Assembly (NCBI GenBank): GCA_037447605.1
Contig: CM074817.1
Coordinates: 1,426,001 to 1,490,000 of the forward strand
Direction: 5' to 3'
DNA from: Zygnema circumcarinatum SAG 698-1b
Taxonomy: Eukaryota > Plantae > Zygnematophyceae
Length of the DNA stretch: 64,000 nucleotides
Position 1 is the stretch's first letter, and each line of letters starts with the position of its first letter. The notes under the pieces are model-generated. The model did not search any database. It was not told the origin of the DNA and was given only the letters and a program-made list of their open reading frames with translations. Positions 26,001-37,030 of the stretch are shown in pieces. The translations under genes were made by a program, and so were the position numbers.

Positions 26001-28022
26001 GTTCTACGCAGCCTCTCAGGCGAGTTGAAGAGAGGGCGAATGCCCAATCCAGAGAATAACTGGCTGCTTTGTATAATCATTAAGTAAATTCAAGGAAAAC
26101 AAAGATGTTGTAAACATTCCTAGTAGCACTCGCTGCACGCCATAAACACTCCTCTATTCAGTTTTGCGGGTTCATTTAAATTAATGGACTTAATAAGAAA
26201 ATCGCACACTTTCAAGCTCTTTCGCCAAACTTGAACTAGTCCTTCTTGAATTACTTGAAGCAATGAACCAGTTTCTGAAGAGGAGGTATACTGGTTTTAA
26301 AAAATAGCTGCTCCAAGCAAATGAACGCACGCCCATGACCTTAGCAATGAATGAAAGTAATGTAGGAACTACGACTAACCTCATCGTCTCCTTCTGCCAA
26401 CTCTCCATTTTAATCTAATTTCGAGTCCCCTCTAAAAAGGCTCAATCAGTTGTCACAGCAGGGTGTTCCCTAAGGCTGAAACAAAATGGTCCACGCGCAC
26501 TCTCCCTACGACTCTCCCTTTCTCCCTCCTGCTATCTCTATGAATCTCCCTATCCAAGACTATGGAAACCTGGCTCCTAACAATGACAATCTGTTTATTT
26601 GTGATGGTTGTAACTCTTACCGCAGACTGTGTATTGCAGGCCTGAAAGCATAGTAGACGAATGAGTCCTATACCGAATAGTATTGAAGAATGTCTGACAG
26701 TTTTCAGGAGGATCACCATCACCAGTGCTGGAGACAACAAAAATAGCAACGCCAACACTCGGCAGTTTGCTCTGCACATGCAGAAGGTCAAATCATCATG
26801 CCAAACACATCATTGGCCTGCAAACAAAGAAAAGTCATGCGGCCAAAACTCTTCCCGTTTATTGTAGTACTTGTACGATGCAACACGACACCAGGTGTAA
26901 TGCCCACTTCAATTTAACAAACTGGGTTCTAAACAATCAGCAATAATCAGCAAACACCTTCACGTACTCGGGCCTGGGAAGATAATATAAGGATAATTGG
27001 GCGTATGCGATGAGAAACGTCTTGTAAGCTCGAGCAGTCTTAAGCACGAGAAAGTTGCTTACAAAGGGAAAATCGTTCATGGCGTACACTTTGGAAGGGA
27101 TCCCATGAGAGGCAGCTTCTGCGTTGATGTCCTTTGCTATTTCCATGGCGCATCCAAGTTGTGACCCATACAGTACAACTACCTCTGTAAGCGACAGACA
27201 ACCAAAAAACAGTAAGTGACTGTAAGTGACAGGGACAGTAAGTGTATGGGAGTGTGGTTTCCTTGGCGAGTGATAACACTTCAGTGTTGAGGGTAGTTTC
27301 TGTTTAGTAAAATTAGTAGTTTCTCTTTGGTGCAATAGATTTATTGCGCAATTTCTTGAATCGCTCAATTAAACTCTTCTGATTCTCTCCAAAAACTTAC
27401 TTTTTTTGTAATCAATATCACCTGAAGGGTTCCCTCTCGGCAAGCTTGAAAGCTGAGTACCTTTTGGTTGGCTCTTCTGTGCAGCCTTGGCACTCATTGC
27501 TGCTGCCATTGCTCGAGCCCCGGGGGAGACTCCCTGAGCGTCAATATATCGAGAAGGAGCGTCCTCAACAACACTCATTGAGTCGTTCCCTGCTACAGGC
27601 TTTGAGGAAGATGCTTGATTGGCTGGAGTGATAGGCGCTGCAGCTGTGAGAGCAGCTGCAGGAGGACTCAGAGCAGCAGACTGCACAAGTACTGTTTTTT
27701 CTGAATCTAAAGCTCGCACTTGCTGATCCTCTTTGTGTGCACTGAAAGATTGTTGGTGATTTGAATTGGTTTTGGTTTGGCTGTTCGGATTCTCTCCATA
27801 CAAGTAGAAGTAAACGAGCACAGGCCCTCCAATCAAAGCAGCCCTGAATAGAAAGGGAAAATAGAGGTACAAAAGGAGGCCAAGTCCTAGCAGACCCGGA
27901 CTCAGATAGGCGAGAAACAGCCTCCCCCTCAACTCAGTCGAAGGCATTTCTCTGCCTCTCAAAAGGGCGCAAGCAGGGCTCCTCCCTCCACCTACCGCCG
28001 CCAGGAAAGCACTGACACACAC
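23065..28022 (-). CDS. MTRR: Methionine synthase reductase (diflavin NADPH reductase, MTRR type); start codon uncertain
   Basis: FMN domain: [45 protein letters not shown]...ELGA...[23 protein letters not shown] domain: [41 protein letters not shown]...YIFVCG, C-terminal YIRDIWS* (stop at 23065). The flavodoxin-linker motif and DIWS ending fit MTRR better than CPR or NDOR1. Confidence 0.8.
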
Positions 28023-28175
28023 TTTATTACTGAGAGATATTGGGAGCAGAGCCAGCAGACACGGCCCAGGCCTGGAAAGACCCTAGAAAGGACCTTCCTT
28101 CATTGCTGTACTACTAGGGCACACTCCACTGCGCCGCCGCCTGCAAGTTTGCAACCTGGGCCTGCTGGTTTGCCG

Positions 28176-28265
28176 CATACGTCAGCGGGTTTCTAATGTG
28201 TACGTCAGCGGGTTTCTAAGGTGTACGTCAGCGGATTTCTGTGGCATACATCAGCGAGTTTCTCA
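28176..28265 (+). promoter_or_regulatory. Four tandem 23-bp units TACGTCAGCGGGTTTCTA (TGACGT/as-1-like core) between divergent genes
   Basis: Units at 28178, 28201, 28224 and 28247; the fourth is degenerate (TACATCAGC). Confidence 0.6.
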
Positions 28266-29058
28266 GTCACTAAACGACAAAATCAAACTACGTCATGCTG
28301 AGCGACGACACTGTACGGCCCTGCCCGCTGCGCTGGCATGGTCCAACATTCAACTTTGCTGACGTGGTTCAGCTTTGCTAACGTGATTTCACACTTGCGA
28401 ATGGTTCTCATTCAGCTGGTTGAATGAAGTTGTTTGCCTTCGTTTCGGCGGTTTGAAAACTCTCCGCCTCAGTTTCCAGCCCCTCCATTCAACCAGTTGA
28501 ACGAAGTTGCACCATGACCGCGAATCGTAAAACAAGCGTCGCCCACCTTCCTCACATGGACAATGCCACGTCAGCCCTACGCCACGTGGCGCTGTCCCAT
28601 TGGGCCCTTGTCGCTTCCGGCTAAAGCGCGCGTGTGGAAAAGCGCGTCCCGCGGGATGGGAGGACCGTCGCACGTCCGTCGTACTTCGTCGCATGGCGTC
28701 GCAGGTAATCGCAACACGCGTCAAGCAGCGCATGCCGCGTCTGCGGGGAACACGTGGCGCTCTCCGGGCCACGGTGTGGGCTCACCGCGGCCTTATCCGC
28801 GTACAGGCACCAGGCAATCCGCTCTCGCACGCGTGGTGGGAACGTGCCCAGCACGCAGCGCCAGCGGACCGCCAATCAACGCCCGCCACGTTGGCACTGT
28901 TCTCCACGTGGCATCTCCCGATTGGTCCATCCTGCGCGTAGTTATAAGGAGGCCCCCCCTCCCTGTGCCCACTTGCAAGTGCTCTTTCTCTCCCTCTCTC
29001 GCCCTCCTCCCTACCTGCCAAGCTCAAGCTCTCGGCTCTCTGCTCTCTGCCGGAAGCC

Positions 29059-30518
29059 ATGGCGGGCCTTGCGTTCCATGTGGAGAGGGTGGAGGAATTG
29101 GATACTGCGGTGCCAATGGAGACGGATGAGATATTTGAGACGGTTGAGATAGTTGAGACGATGAAGGCGGAGGATGTGCGGCCTCGGTTGAACGACCAGT
29201 TCAGCATGGGCCTTGTCGCTATACTGCTCTTGAATGTGTTGGTGTGGGCCGCGAGGGGCACGCTCTTCACGCAATGGGAGTTTGTGCAGCTGGCGATTGT
29301 GTTTGTCGTTTTGGGAGCGTTCGTCGCCAGGATGTCCAATCTGCTGTCGCTTATGCATCTGAAGGAACTTTCGATGCATTATTACAGTAAGGTAATGAAA
29401 GGATTGTTGCAAGGCGCATTCACTTGTCCGAATACGCGATAGCTCCATTTGGGAAACCAAGTAAAATGTTTATTTTGAAGCTAACGAGCTTTCCCGTTTG
29501 CTTTTGCAGAACCCTCACTTGGAGGATGCTTCGCTCAGAAGCCTTTACAGCTTAGAGAATAGCGCACGGGTGGATTATTTCACGCAGCACACAGGTTTGG
29601 TTCTGAACTCTCGACTAGAATAAATTGGCTCTTTGTCTTGAAAGGTTGAGTTGTAGGCTCAATTTCTTTCTTTTGTTTGACTTCACAATCGATCAAAATT
29701 GGCAGTGACAGGAATAGGTTCATGATGAGGGTTGGGGGTCTAGAATTACAACCAAGGTTAGGTTGAGTGCCTGCAGCTTCATTGGCTTGATGGTCGGAAT
29801 AATTGAAGGAATATAGGGGCGTTTGTGCGTGTCTATCTCTGTGCAGTTCTGCGGTCCGCTACAAAGACAGCGGAAGGAGAGTCCATCATGCGCTCGGGTG
29901 GCTACATGCTCGTGGCTTGGGTCTTTGTGTCACTGAAGGTCGATTTCTTCGACAAGTCCGCATGGGACCTTTTGCAGTTGGCACTCTCCCTTCTTCTTGT
30001 CACACTGATTGTCCTCGACATCACCAATCTGCTGATGAAGAAGAAGTTGGATCGATTGTTTGAGAAGATGTTTGACACGGTATGTGCACCTCCATACAAA
30101 GCCGCGGGATTGTTTGGATAACTTATCTCTCAAATAAAGAAATGGATCAGAAAAAACAAGTTTTGCAGCCTTTGCTTGATGTAGTTGCTTTGAGTTCGCT
30201 TTACTGCGGGAATGAATGAACTGACCGATGATGAATGAATGCTCCATGCTGTGGGCGGAGCAGGCTGTGGGGAGGCTCAAGTTTTGCGTTGATCACGCCG
30301 AGCCGTGTGTGAAGGCGGAGCAGTTGCGGGAGTGGGTTCTCGCGGGGTCTCGCAATGCAGGGTGGGAGGGGGACGAGGAGTGGGTGCGCTGGTTATGGCC
30401 GATTGTGTTCGATCGCCTTCTTTGGCACCCGCAGGTAGAGGTGTGGGAGCCCACCCTCAAGGTGCGGCATGTGTGGTTCATGTGGCGGAAGGAGGAGGCG
30501 TTTGGGCTTGTATTCTAA
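29059..30518 (+). CDS. Unknown membrane protein with ~4 predicted TM segments, 4 exons
   Basis: Exons 29059-~29391, ~29510-29594, ~29847-30079 and ~30264-30518 join with compatible phases 0, 1, 0. It has two hydrophobic hairpins, and I recognise no family. Confidence 0.65.
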
Positions 30519-30774
30519 GCCTCAAGAGGAAAAAGGGAGGAAAAAGGGAGCGGAAGGAGGAGGCGTTTGGGTTTATATTCTAAGCCTCCAGAGAGAGGGG
30601 GGAATGGAAGGCGGTGGTCTTTGCTCGTCAGATTTGTATTTGTTCCTGGCCCAACATCGGGGTTTAGTTCAGTTCGTTTTTTGTACAGCGAGAGTGGAAT
30701 AAGCGAAGAAATAAGTGAAGAAAGGGAGGCGGAGCAAGTCGTCTGCAGAAAGGGAGGCGGAGCAAGTCGTCTGC
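30485..30774 (+). repeat. Two pairs of short direct repeats at the 3' end of the membrane gene
   Basis: 39-bp unit at 30485 and 30550 (includes the stop codon); 28-bp unit AAAGGGAGGCGGAGCAAGTCGTCTGC tandem at ~30719 and ~30747. Confidence 0.8.
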
Positions 30775-31207
30775 TTGTTGAACGTTGCAGGGTCGTCAGC
30801 AACATCACGAGTGTTGCTTTTTTTTTTTTGTTTTTTTTCACATTCGTTATTCAGCTTCATTTTCTATTTCAGTTCAATTCAGATCAGGTTAAAGAAAATT
30901 TAGACTGAAGCTGAATAATAATGATTTGTGAAGAGTGATTATTTAGAGTAAGTTTTTGCTCTTCGTTGTCTAGCAAAGTTCATGGTTGTTGCGTTTTTTT
31001 TGTTCAGTCCATTGTTTAGTTTTAGTTTCAGTTTTAGTCAAGGTCAGTTGTAGTTGAGTCTCTCCCTTGTCAGTTGAGAAACTTGGCTGAAAGTCGCTTT
31101 AGCTGCAAGGCCATCGTCGTCGTCCTCATCTTTCTGTATTTTTTTTGGCGTTTTTGCGCCATTTCATGACGAGTGTCGAACAATCTGAAAATGCCTTTTC
31201 TCTCTTC

Positions 31208-32200
31208 TCGAGATACAATATCGTGTACAGTACAATATCGTTTGCGATACAGTATCGCTCGAGATACAATATCGCCTTCTATAAATTATCTTTTGCGATA
31301 CTATATCGCCACCGATACATTACAATTTCGATACAATATTTCATGCGATACAGTATTATTCGCGATATACTAGCGCTTGCGATACGACGTCGTCTGCGAT
31401 ACAATCTCAATTGAGATACAATATCGTTTGCAATACAAGACCATTTGCGATACAATATCGTCACAATAGCGTCTGCGATACAATATCGTCAAAGATAAAT
31501 TATCGTCTGAGATATAATAACTTTTGCAATACAATATCGTCTCTTATACAATTTCCTATGCGATACAATGTCGTCTTTCATACAATATCGTCTGCGCTAC
31601 AATAAGCCTTTGCGATACAATATCTTTTGCGATACAATTTCATTTTCGATACAGTCTCGTTTGAGATACAACAAGATCAGCGATGCCATATCGTTTCCGA
31701 TATGATACCGTATGAGGTTCAATATCGTATGCGATATATTAAAGTTTGCAATACAATATCGTTTACTATACGATATCGTCTGCGCTAAGATACCGTTTTG
31801 CGATACAATCTCAATTGAGATACAATATCGTCAGTGATAAAATATCGTTTGCGATGCAATGACCTCTGCAGTACAATATCGTCTGAAATATAATATCGTT
31901 TACGATACAATATCTTTGCGATACAATATTGCCTTTTATCAAATATCTTTTGCGATACTATATCGTCTCCAATACAATATGTTTTCGATACAATATTGTT
32001 TGCGATACAGTATTTTTTACGATACAATACCGTTTGCGATACGATATAGTCTGCGATACAATCTCAAATGATATAAAATATCGTCTGTGATAGAGTATCG
32101 TTTGCGATACAATAGCGTGTGCGATACAATATCGTTTGCAATACAATATTCTCTACAGTACAATATCGTCTACAATACAGTACAGTACCGTATTGTATCG
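31208..32200 (+). repeat. ~1-kb degenerate satellite of (G)CGATACAATATCG(T) units
   Basis: Dozens of variants of CGATACAATATCG. The sub-block GCGATACAATCTCAATTGAGATACAATATCG recurs near 31397 and 31800. One inverted unit (TATTGTATCG) lies at 32191. Confidence 0.88.
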
Positions 32201-32670
32201 AACCTCAAGGTGTATAGTACCGAGCTATAGCGCCACGCCACGTGACTCCTATCCGTCCCTTCCCCTGTAACCGCACCCTTGCAATCGGCAATGGATTTGG
32301 CATTGATTCCATCATCCACAAGTTTTAGGGAGGCAGCCCCGCCCTCCCCTGCGCATGTTCAGCAACAACTCGCACTCATGAGGGGGATCCCAAACAATGC
32401 GCCGCGTCGGCCCAAAGGCCAACGAAGGTCGCGCCTCTCGTCCGTACACAGGCATGGCAGTCCAACACGGCGCAGGACTCAAACATGGCCATGCACATCA
32501 TGTTGTTGTTGGCCCTCTAGAGTCAGACGCAGGCTGTGTGTGGTTTGTGTTGTTGTTCACGTTCATGTTGTTCATGTTCATGTTCATGTTGCGGTTGTTG
32601 TTCGCCGGAGGGATGGTCCCTCGGCGGACAGCCCGAGTGGGAAGCGGCGGAGCAGGAGGCGGCAGGGCGG

Positions 32671-32703
32671 GGTTTAGGGTTAGGGTTTAGTGTTTAGGGT
32701 TTA
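32671..32703 (+). repeat. Short telomere-like TTAGGG/TTTAGGG array
   Basis: ggtttagggttagggtttagtgtttagggttt. Confidence 0.6.
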
Positions 32704-33067
32704 AGCGCTGAAGGGCTCAGGGTCTGCGGCGGACTGCGGTAAAAAATATGCGCTTTCAGGTAAAAGATTCGCATCCGCACATCATCATCATCATCATCGG
32801 CCTCCTCACAGACCAAGAAAGAAGAGGGAGAGAGCGCAACAACAACAATGAAGCGTGAGAGGAGATGAAGGGGGAAGAGAGAGAGAGGGAGAGAGAGAGA
32901 GAGAGAGAGGGTGCGAGAGAAAGAGAGTGAGAGAGAGACCGTTTAAGTTCAAATTGGAAGGAAGTACAGAGAGGTGGGAACAAGGTCAACAAGAGTCTTG
33001 ACGGTTTGTAGAAATCTCTGTTGCTTTGAACAATAAACAATGAAGGAATGCATTTGCAAAAAAATAT

Positions 33068-34939
33068 TTACGGAAGCACAACGTTGTCGCACAGCATAGA
33101 ATCTCGGCAGTTCGCCGTACTCAGTCCGTACCGCATCCGTTCTATGTCGACTGTGAAAGTCGACTTGAAGGTGCCAACAAAAACGGAACTGAGGCTGCAT
33201 ATGACCTTCTCCATGGTCGCCAGAACCAGCTCCGTTCCGTTGAGGTTGGCCGCGTGCAGGGGACGCGTCCACGTGGCACCCTCTTCCAAGCGAAGCTGAA
33301 CAATGTGGACAGCTTTTTTGGAGCTTTTGTTCAACTTTTTAAAAATTGCGTCCAACTGCACAAATGAAAAAACAGGTTAAAAAAAAAAAACAAAAAAAAA
33401 ACAAGAGAGTGAGCTATGAAACGCCCCCTTTCCACACAGACCTAAAATCTGAACCCTAAAAAACTGAACCCTAAAACCTCGACCCTATCTACCCTCCCTG
33501 CAAGGCCTTTTAAAAACTGTATTGAATCATCAATCACATCTTTATTACCCTAATTCCAATCAATTTTTTTCGAATTTTTACAGTGCTTCACATTGAAATC
33601 CTCACCTCTTCAGAGCGCGCATTTGTAGCCAAAAACATGGTGCTTATATTGTACATTTTCAGCTTCTCCCATAGACAAAAGATGACCTGCTCGAGGGGAC
33701 GATAACACCCGTTCAGCGGCTCAGAACACCAACTTTTAAAATCACCTCGACGGAGATGAACCCCCATAAAGGGCTCATTCTTTAACACATTTTCAACATA
33801 GAGCCGCCCCGTTTCAAGTATCGCTCTATGCGGTTGAACGGCGAGCATGCTGCTGCATGCAGAGGACCGCTCAAAGGGAGCATCTCTTGGCCCATCCGTC
33901 ACTGTCCTTATATGATTATGATAGAAATCCCCCATATATAAGACGTTTCCCGTCACATTTTTCATGATCTCCTCCACCTCCTTCACGGTGAGAAACAAAG
34001 CATTTGGGCCAGACCAAATTTGGGGCTTCAAATTAGGTTCAAATTTTATAGTCTCCCACTGGGGATGCCTGTACGGCTCAGATGCATTCTTAATCTCACA
34101 CCCCTTCTCGCTGTAACAATAGATTTGGTCCACCACCACTGCATGCCCCAGCTTCTGCATGTACTCTGCTGATGTCATGATGACGTCATCGCCATAGCAT
34201 TGCCGGACATGGTCTATGTCGAACGTGACGTGACGGTCGAACTTTCCGTCAACTTCGGAGCGTTCGACGGTGACGATTAAAGTTCGATTGAAGAAACCCG
34301 CGAAGGTGAGGGCGTTGCGGAAACACTTGATGCGGTTGCTGACCTGCAGAAAATTATCAAAGGGAAAAAAAAAAGGTTCAACAAAAGGGCATTAAAAAGA
34401 AGGGTGTTATTATTAGGGCATCATTTGGACTGATTCGATTGAAGTTTAAGCTTGTGGTGGGTTTGATCTATTCATTCGTTTTCCCTCTGTGGAATGAAGG
34501 GGGACTGTCTAAACTTGAAGAAAATAACTGTAAGGCAAACAAATCTTTATTTTGGAAAGAGTTTTTCTCGGAATCAGTTCCATAGTCCTTAGAACGGATC
34601 GATTTTTTCTCATGTATCCCTGAGAAAAAAATGTTCACGTGTGTTCTCCGCGTTCTATGTCAGTTGGAGTGATTCTATGTTGAATTTTTTGGTGTGCAAT
34701 TGTACAGCAAATTTAGTACCACTGAGGTTCACCCTTATAGCACATAACAGCAGTTCCTTGCCTGAATCTCTTCTGTGAATGCGGTCCCTTATTAAAGTAG
34801 ATTCACTTACCCTTCCATAGGCGCAACGCATCACAAGGAACTTCCCCGCGGTTGGCTTCCACTTCCAGAAGCCCTGTTCTTTGTAGCCCTCCACTGACTT
34901 TCCGTTGTAGACACGGGAAGGGCAGGCCCTGCCTTCCAT
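33068..34939 (-). CDS. GDP-fucose protein O-fucosyltransferase family (O-FucT, POFUT2/plant OFUT36-39-like); possible further upstream exon
   Basis: Spliced reading: WKPTAGKFLVMRCAYGR|VSNRIKCFRNALTFAGFFNRTLIV...FMGVHLRRGDF...MFLATNARSEE|LDAIF...MEKVICSLSSVFVGTFKSTFTVDIERMR. These are the HLRRGDF and C-terminal ICxxxxxFxGTxxSTF hallmarks. Confidence 0.85.
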
Positions 34940-35211
34940 GAAAAAAACTCGTTTAAGTTTCAGTCAGAAAAGAACGAAACTTCTTGCGTTAATTGAAGAC
35001 AGAACTGCTCGCTCTCCCCTTTCCCTCCGTACATCCTTCCTTTACCCTCTCCCCCACCCCCAAGTGGCGGATTCAGAATTTTTGCAGTGAGGGGGCTAAG
35101 CCCGCTTTCAGCATACAATACAGAAGATAAAATTAATAGAAGTTGAAGTTTCAAAATCTGAGGGGGGAGCTCAAGCCCCCCAACTTGTATATGTAGGTCC
35201 ACTACTGCCCC

Positions 35212-35215
<4 letters not shown>

Positions 35216-35258
<43 letters not shown>

Positions 35259-35270
35259 TCTCTCTCCATC
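35216..35270 (+). repeat. (CT)n microsatellite
   Basis: Directly visible. Confidence 0.9.
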
Positions 35271-36869
35271 TCCTCTCCCCTCCGTCCGCTGTCTCACACT
35301 CAGCTAGAGCAGCGGATGACACGTGGGAGGATTGCTTACCCTCCATCAGAAGAGGACAAAAACCGCCGCCCGGCCGACGCTACCGCCTGCACATGCAGAA
35401 AATTCTGGACACAATCAAGCTCCTTCACTAAAAAATTAGAAAAGAAAAGCGAAATATTTTCACATTTAGCTTCCACACGTTTATCGAACCCCTCCCTTTG
35501 TTAAATTAATCGATGAAGGCCTTTTTAGGTTTTTAGAACACGTCTCAGATCTATAACTCACATTTTCTTCATTTGTTCTGAAAACCTCCACACTCTTTAA
35601 TCCGCCCCTTAGTAATGTATGCGATTCCACCCCTTCCAAAACCAAAAATATTAAAAATAAATCCAATACTGAATCATAAAAAGTAACTAGTCTCCTTCCT
35701 CTTCTCATGGCTTTTTTCCCTTTATTATCCCCCCCTTTTTCAACTACATCACAAAACTAAAAAGTGGGTTTTCCAGATCTGCATGTTTCAGAAGTGGGTC
35801 TTCTTCCTTTTCCCTTATTTCGCCCTCCCCCCTCTGCTCCCTCCCCCATCCCACAACCGCAGAGTCTGGCGGTTTCTAGGGCTCAAAGGATCCATGGCCT
35901 CCGGCCGGCTCCCCCCTTCGGCCCAGCCCGAGAGGCTCTCCAAAGTGGCCCTTTCAGCCCCTTTCCGTACGGACAGCCTCCGGGCCCTCTCCCTCTCCTC
36001 TCCCTCTCCGTCTCCCTCTCCCAAGTTGCAAACCGAGGCCCAAAAAGTTTGCAACTTCCAAACCGAAGTTTTTCGTCTCCATCAACTTTGCTGAATGTCA
36101 ACCGTTCGCACTTGCGATACCGTTGATAGATCGCGGGCGAGAGCCAATGAAACGTCGTTGTGACAACAAAACCAATGAGAGAACGCCACGTGTACAACAC
36201 GTGACGCCCCGCCAAGCATCGACAGCCAGAGAGCGAGGAATAGAGGAGAGGCGTGCCACGTGTCTCCGCCTGATTTGTTGGTAGTTTAATTCTTGTGTGC
36301 CTACACTATTTTCTTAACCTGGTACAAAACGTTTTTGCTGATGTCATAATATAGGCACGGTCCAAAGTCGCCGTGATTATGAGGTACAATTTTCGTAAGA
36401 AAAAAAACGAATCCGTCCCTTTTTTGGATCGACACACTCCATTTTTCGCCGGGCAGATTTTAATATCGACAAAAAATGTTTGAAAACGGAAAATGCCTTT
36501 TTTCACACCTTTTTGGAATCGATACACACCTTTTTCGGTCGGGCAAATTTCATTTTACAAAAAAAAGGTCGAAACCCTAAAGAGTGCGTCTGCCCTGCGG
36601 CCCCTGCCACAAGGTGTACTGTACTTGCATTTTCGTACATTTCTTTACAAAACTGTACGGTGGATATATCACTACCCAAAAAGAACTTGTTTTTCGAGTT
36701 GTACGGATAGACGGAAGGTTTGTCGTTCTGTGTCAGTTGGACAGCGGATACGACAAGGAAACGCGTATACGACAAAATACGGACATGCTGCTTTGGAAGT
36801 GCAGTGTCGCCAAGTGCACACCAGTCGGCCCTGTCGGCAGTACGGACCGGGGCCCGACTGCCGTTTCCC

Positions 36870-37030
36870 CTTAGGGTTCGGGTTTTTAGAGTTTTAGGGT
36901 TTTAGGGCTTTAGGGTTTGAAGGGTTCTAGGGTTCTAGGGCTTTCAATTTTACGTGTTTGAGGGTTTTAGGGATTGTGGGTTTTAGAGCTTTAGGGTTTT
37001 AGGTTTTTAGTGTTCTTAGGGTCTCTAGGG
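36870..37030 (+). repeat. Degenerate interstitial telomere-like (TTTAGGG/TTCTAGGG) array
   Basis: About 15 degenerate units, e.g. ttttagggttttagggctttagggtttgaagggttctagggttctaggg. Confidence 0.7.

Noticed and set aside
23065-28022. Cytochrome P450 reductase or NDOR1/ATR3 assignment
   Set aside because: It lacks the typical CPR GTQTGTAE/DVW pattern, and the flavodoxin linker and DIWS ending fit MTRR better. A phylogeny is still needed.
31145-32146. Tyr/Ile/Arg-rich ORFs
   Set aside because: They are readings of the CGATACAATATCG satellite.
32279-33040. ORFs of 94-132 aa between the satellite and the O-fucosyltransferase
   Set aside because: Low-complexity and GC-rich, with no recognisable motif or convincing splice structure.
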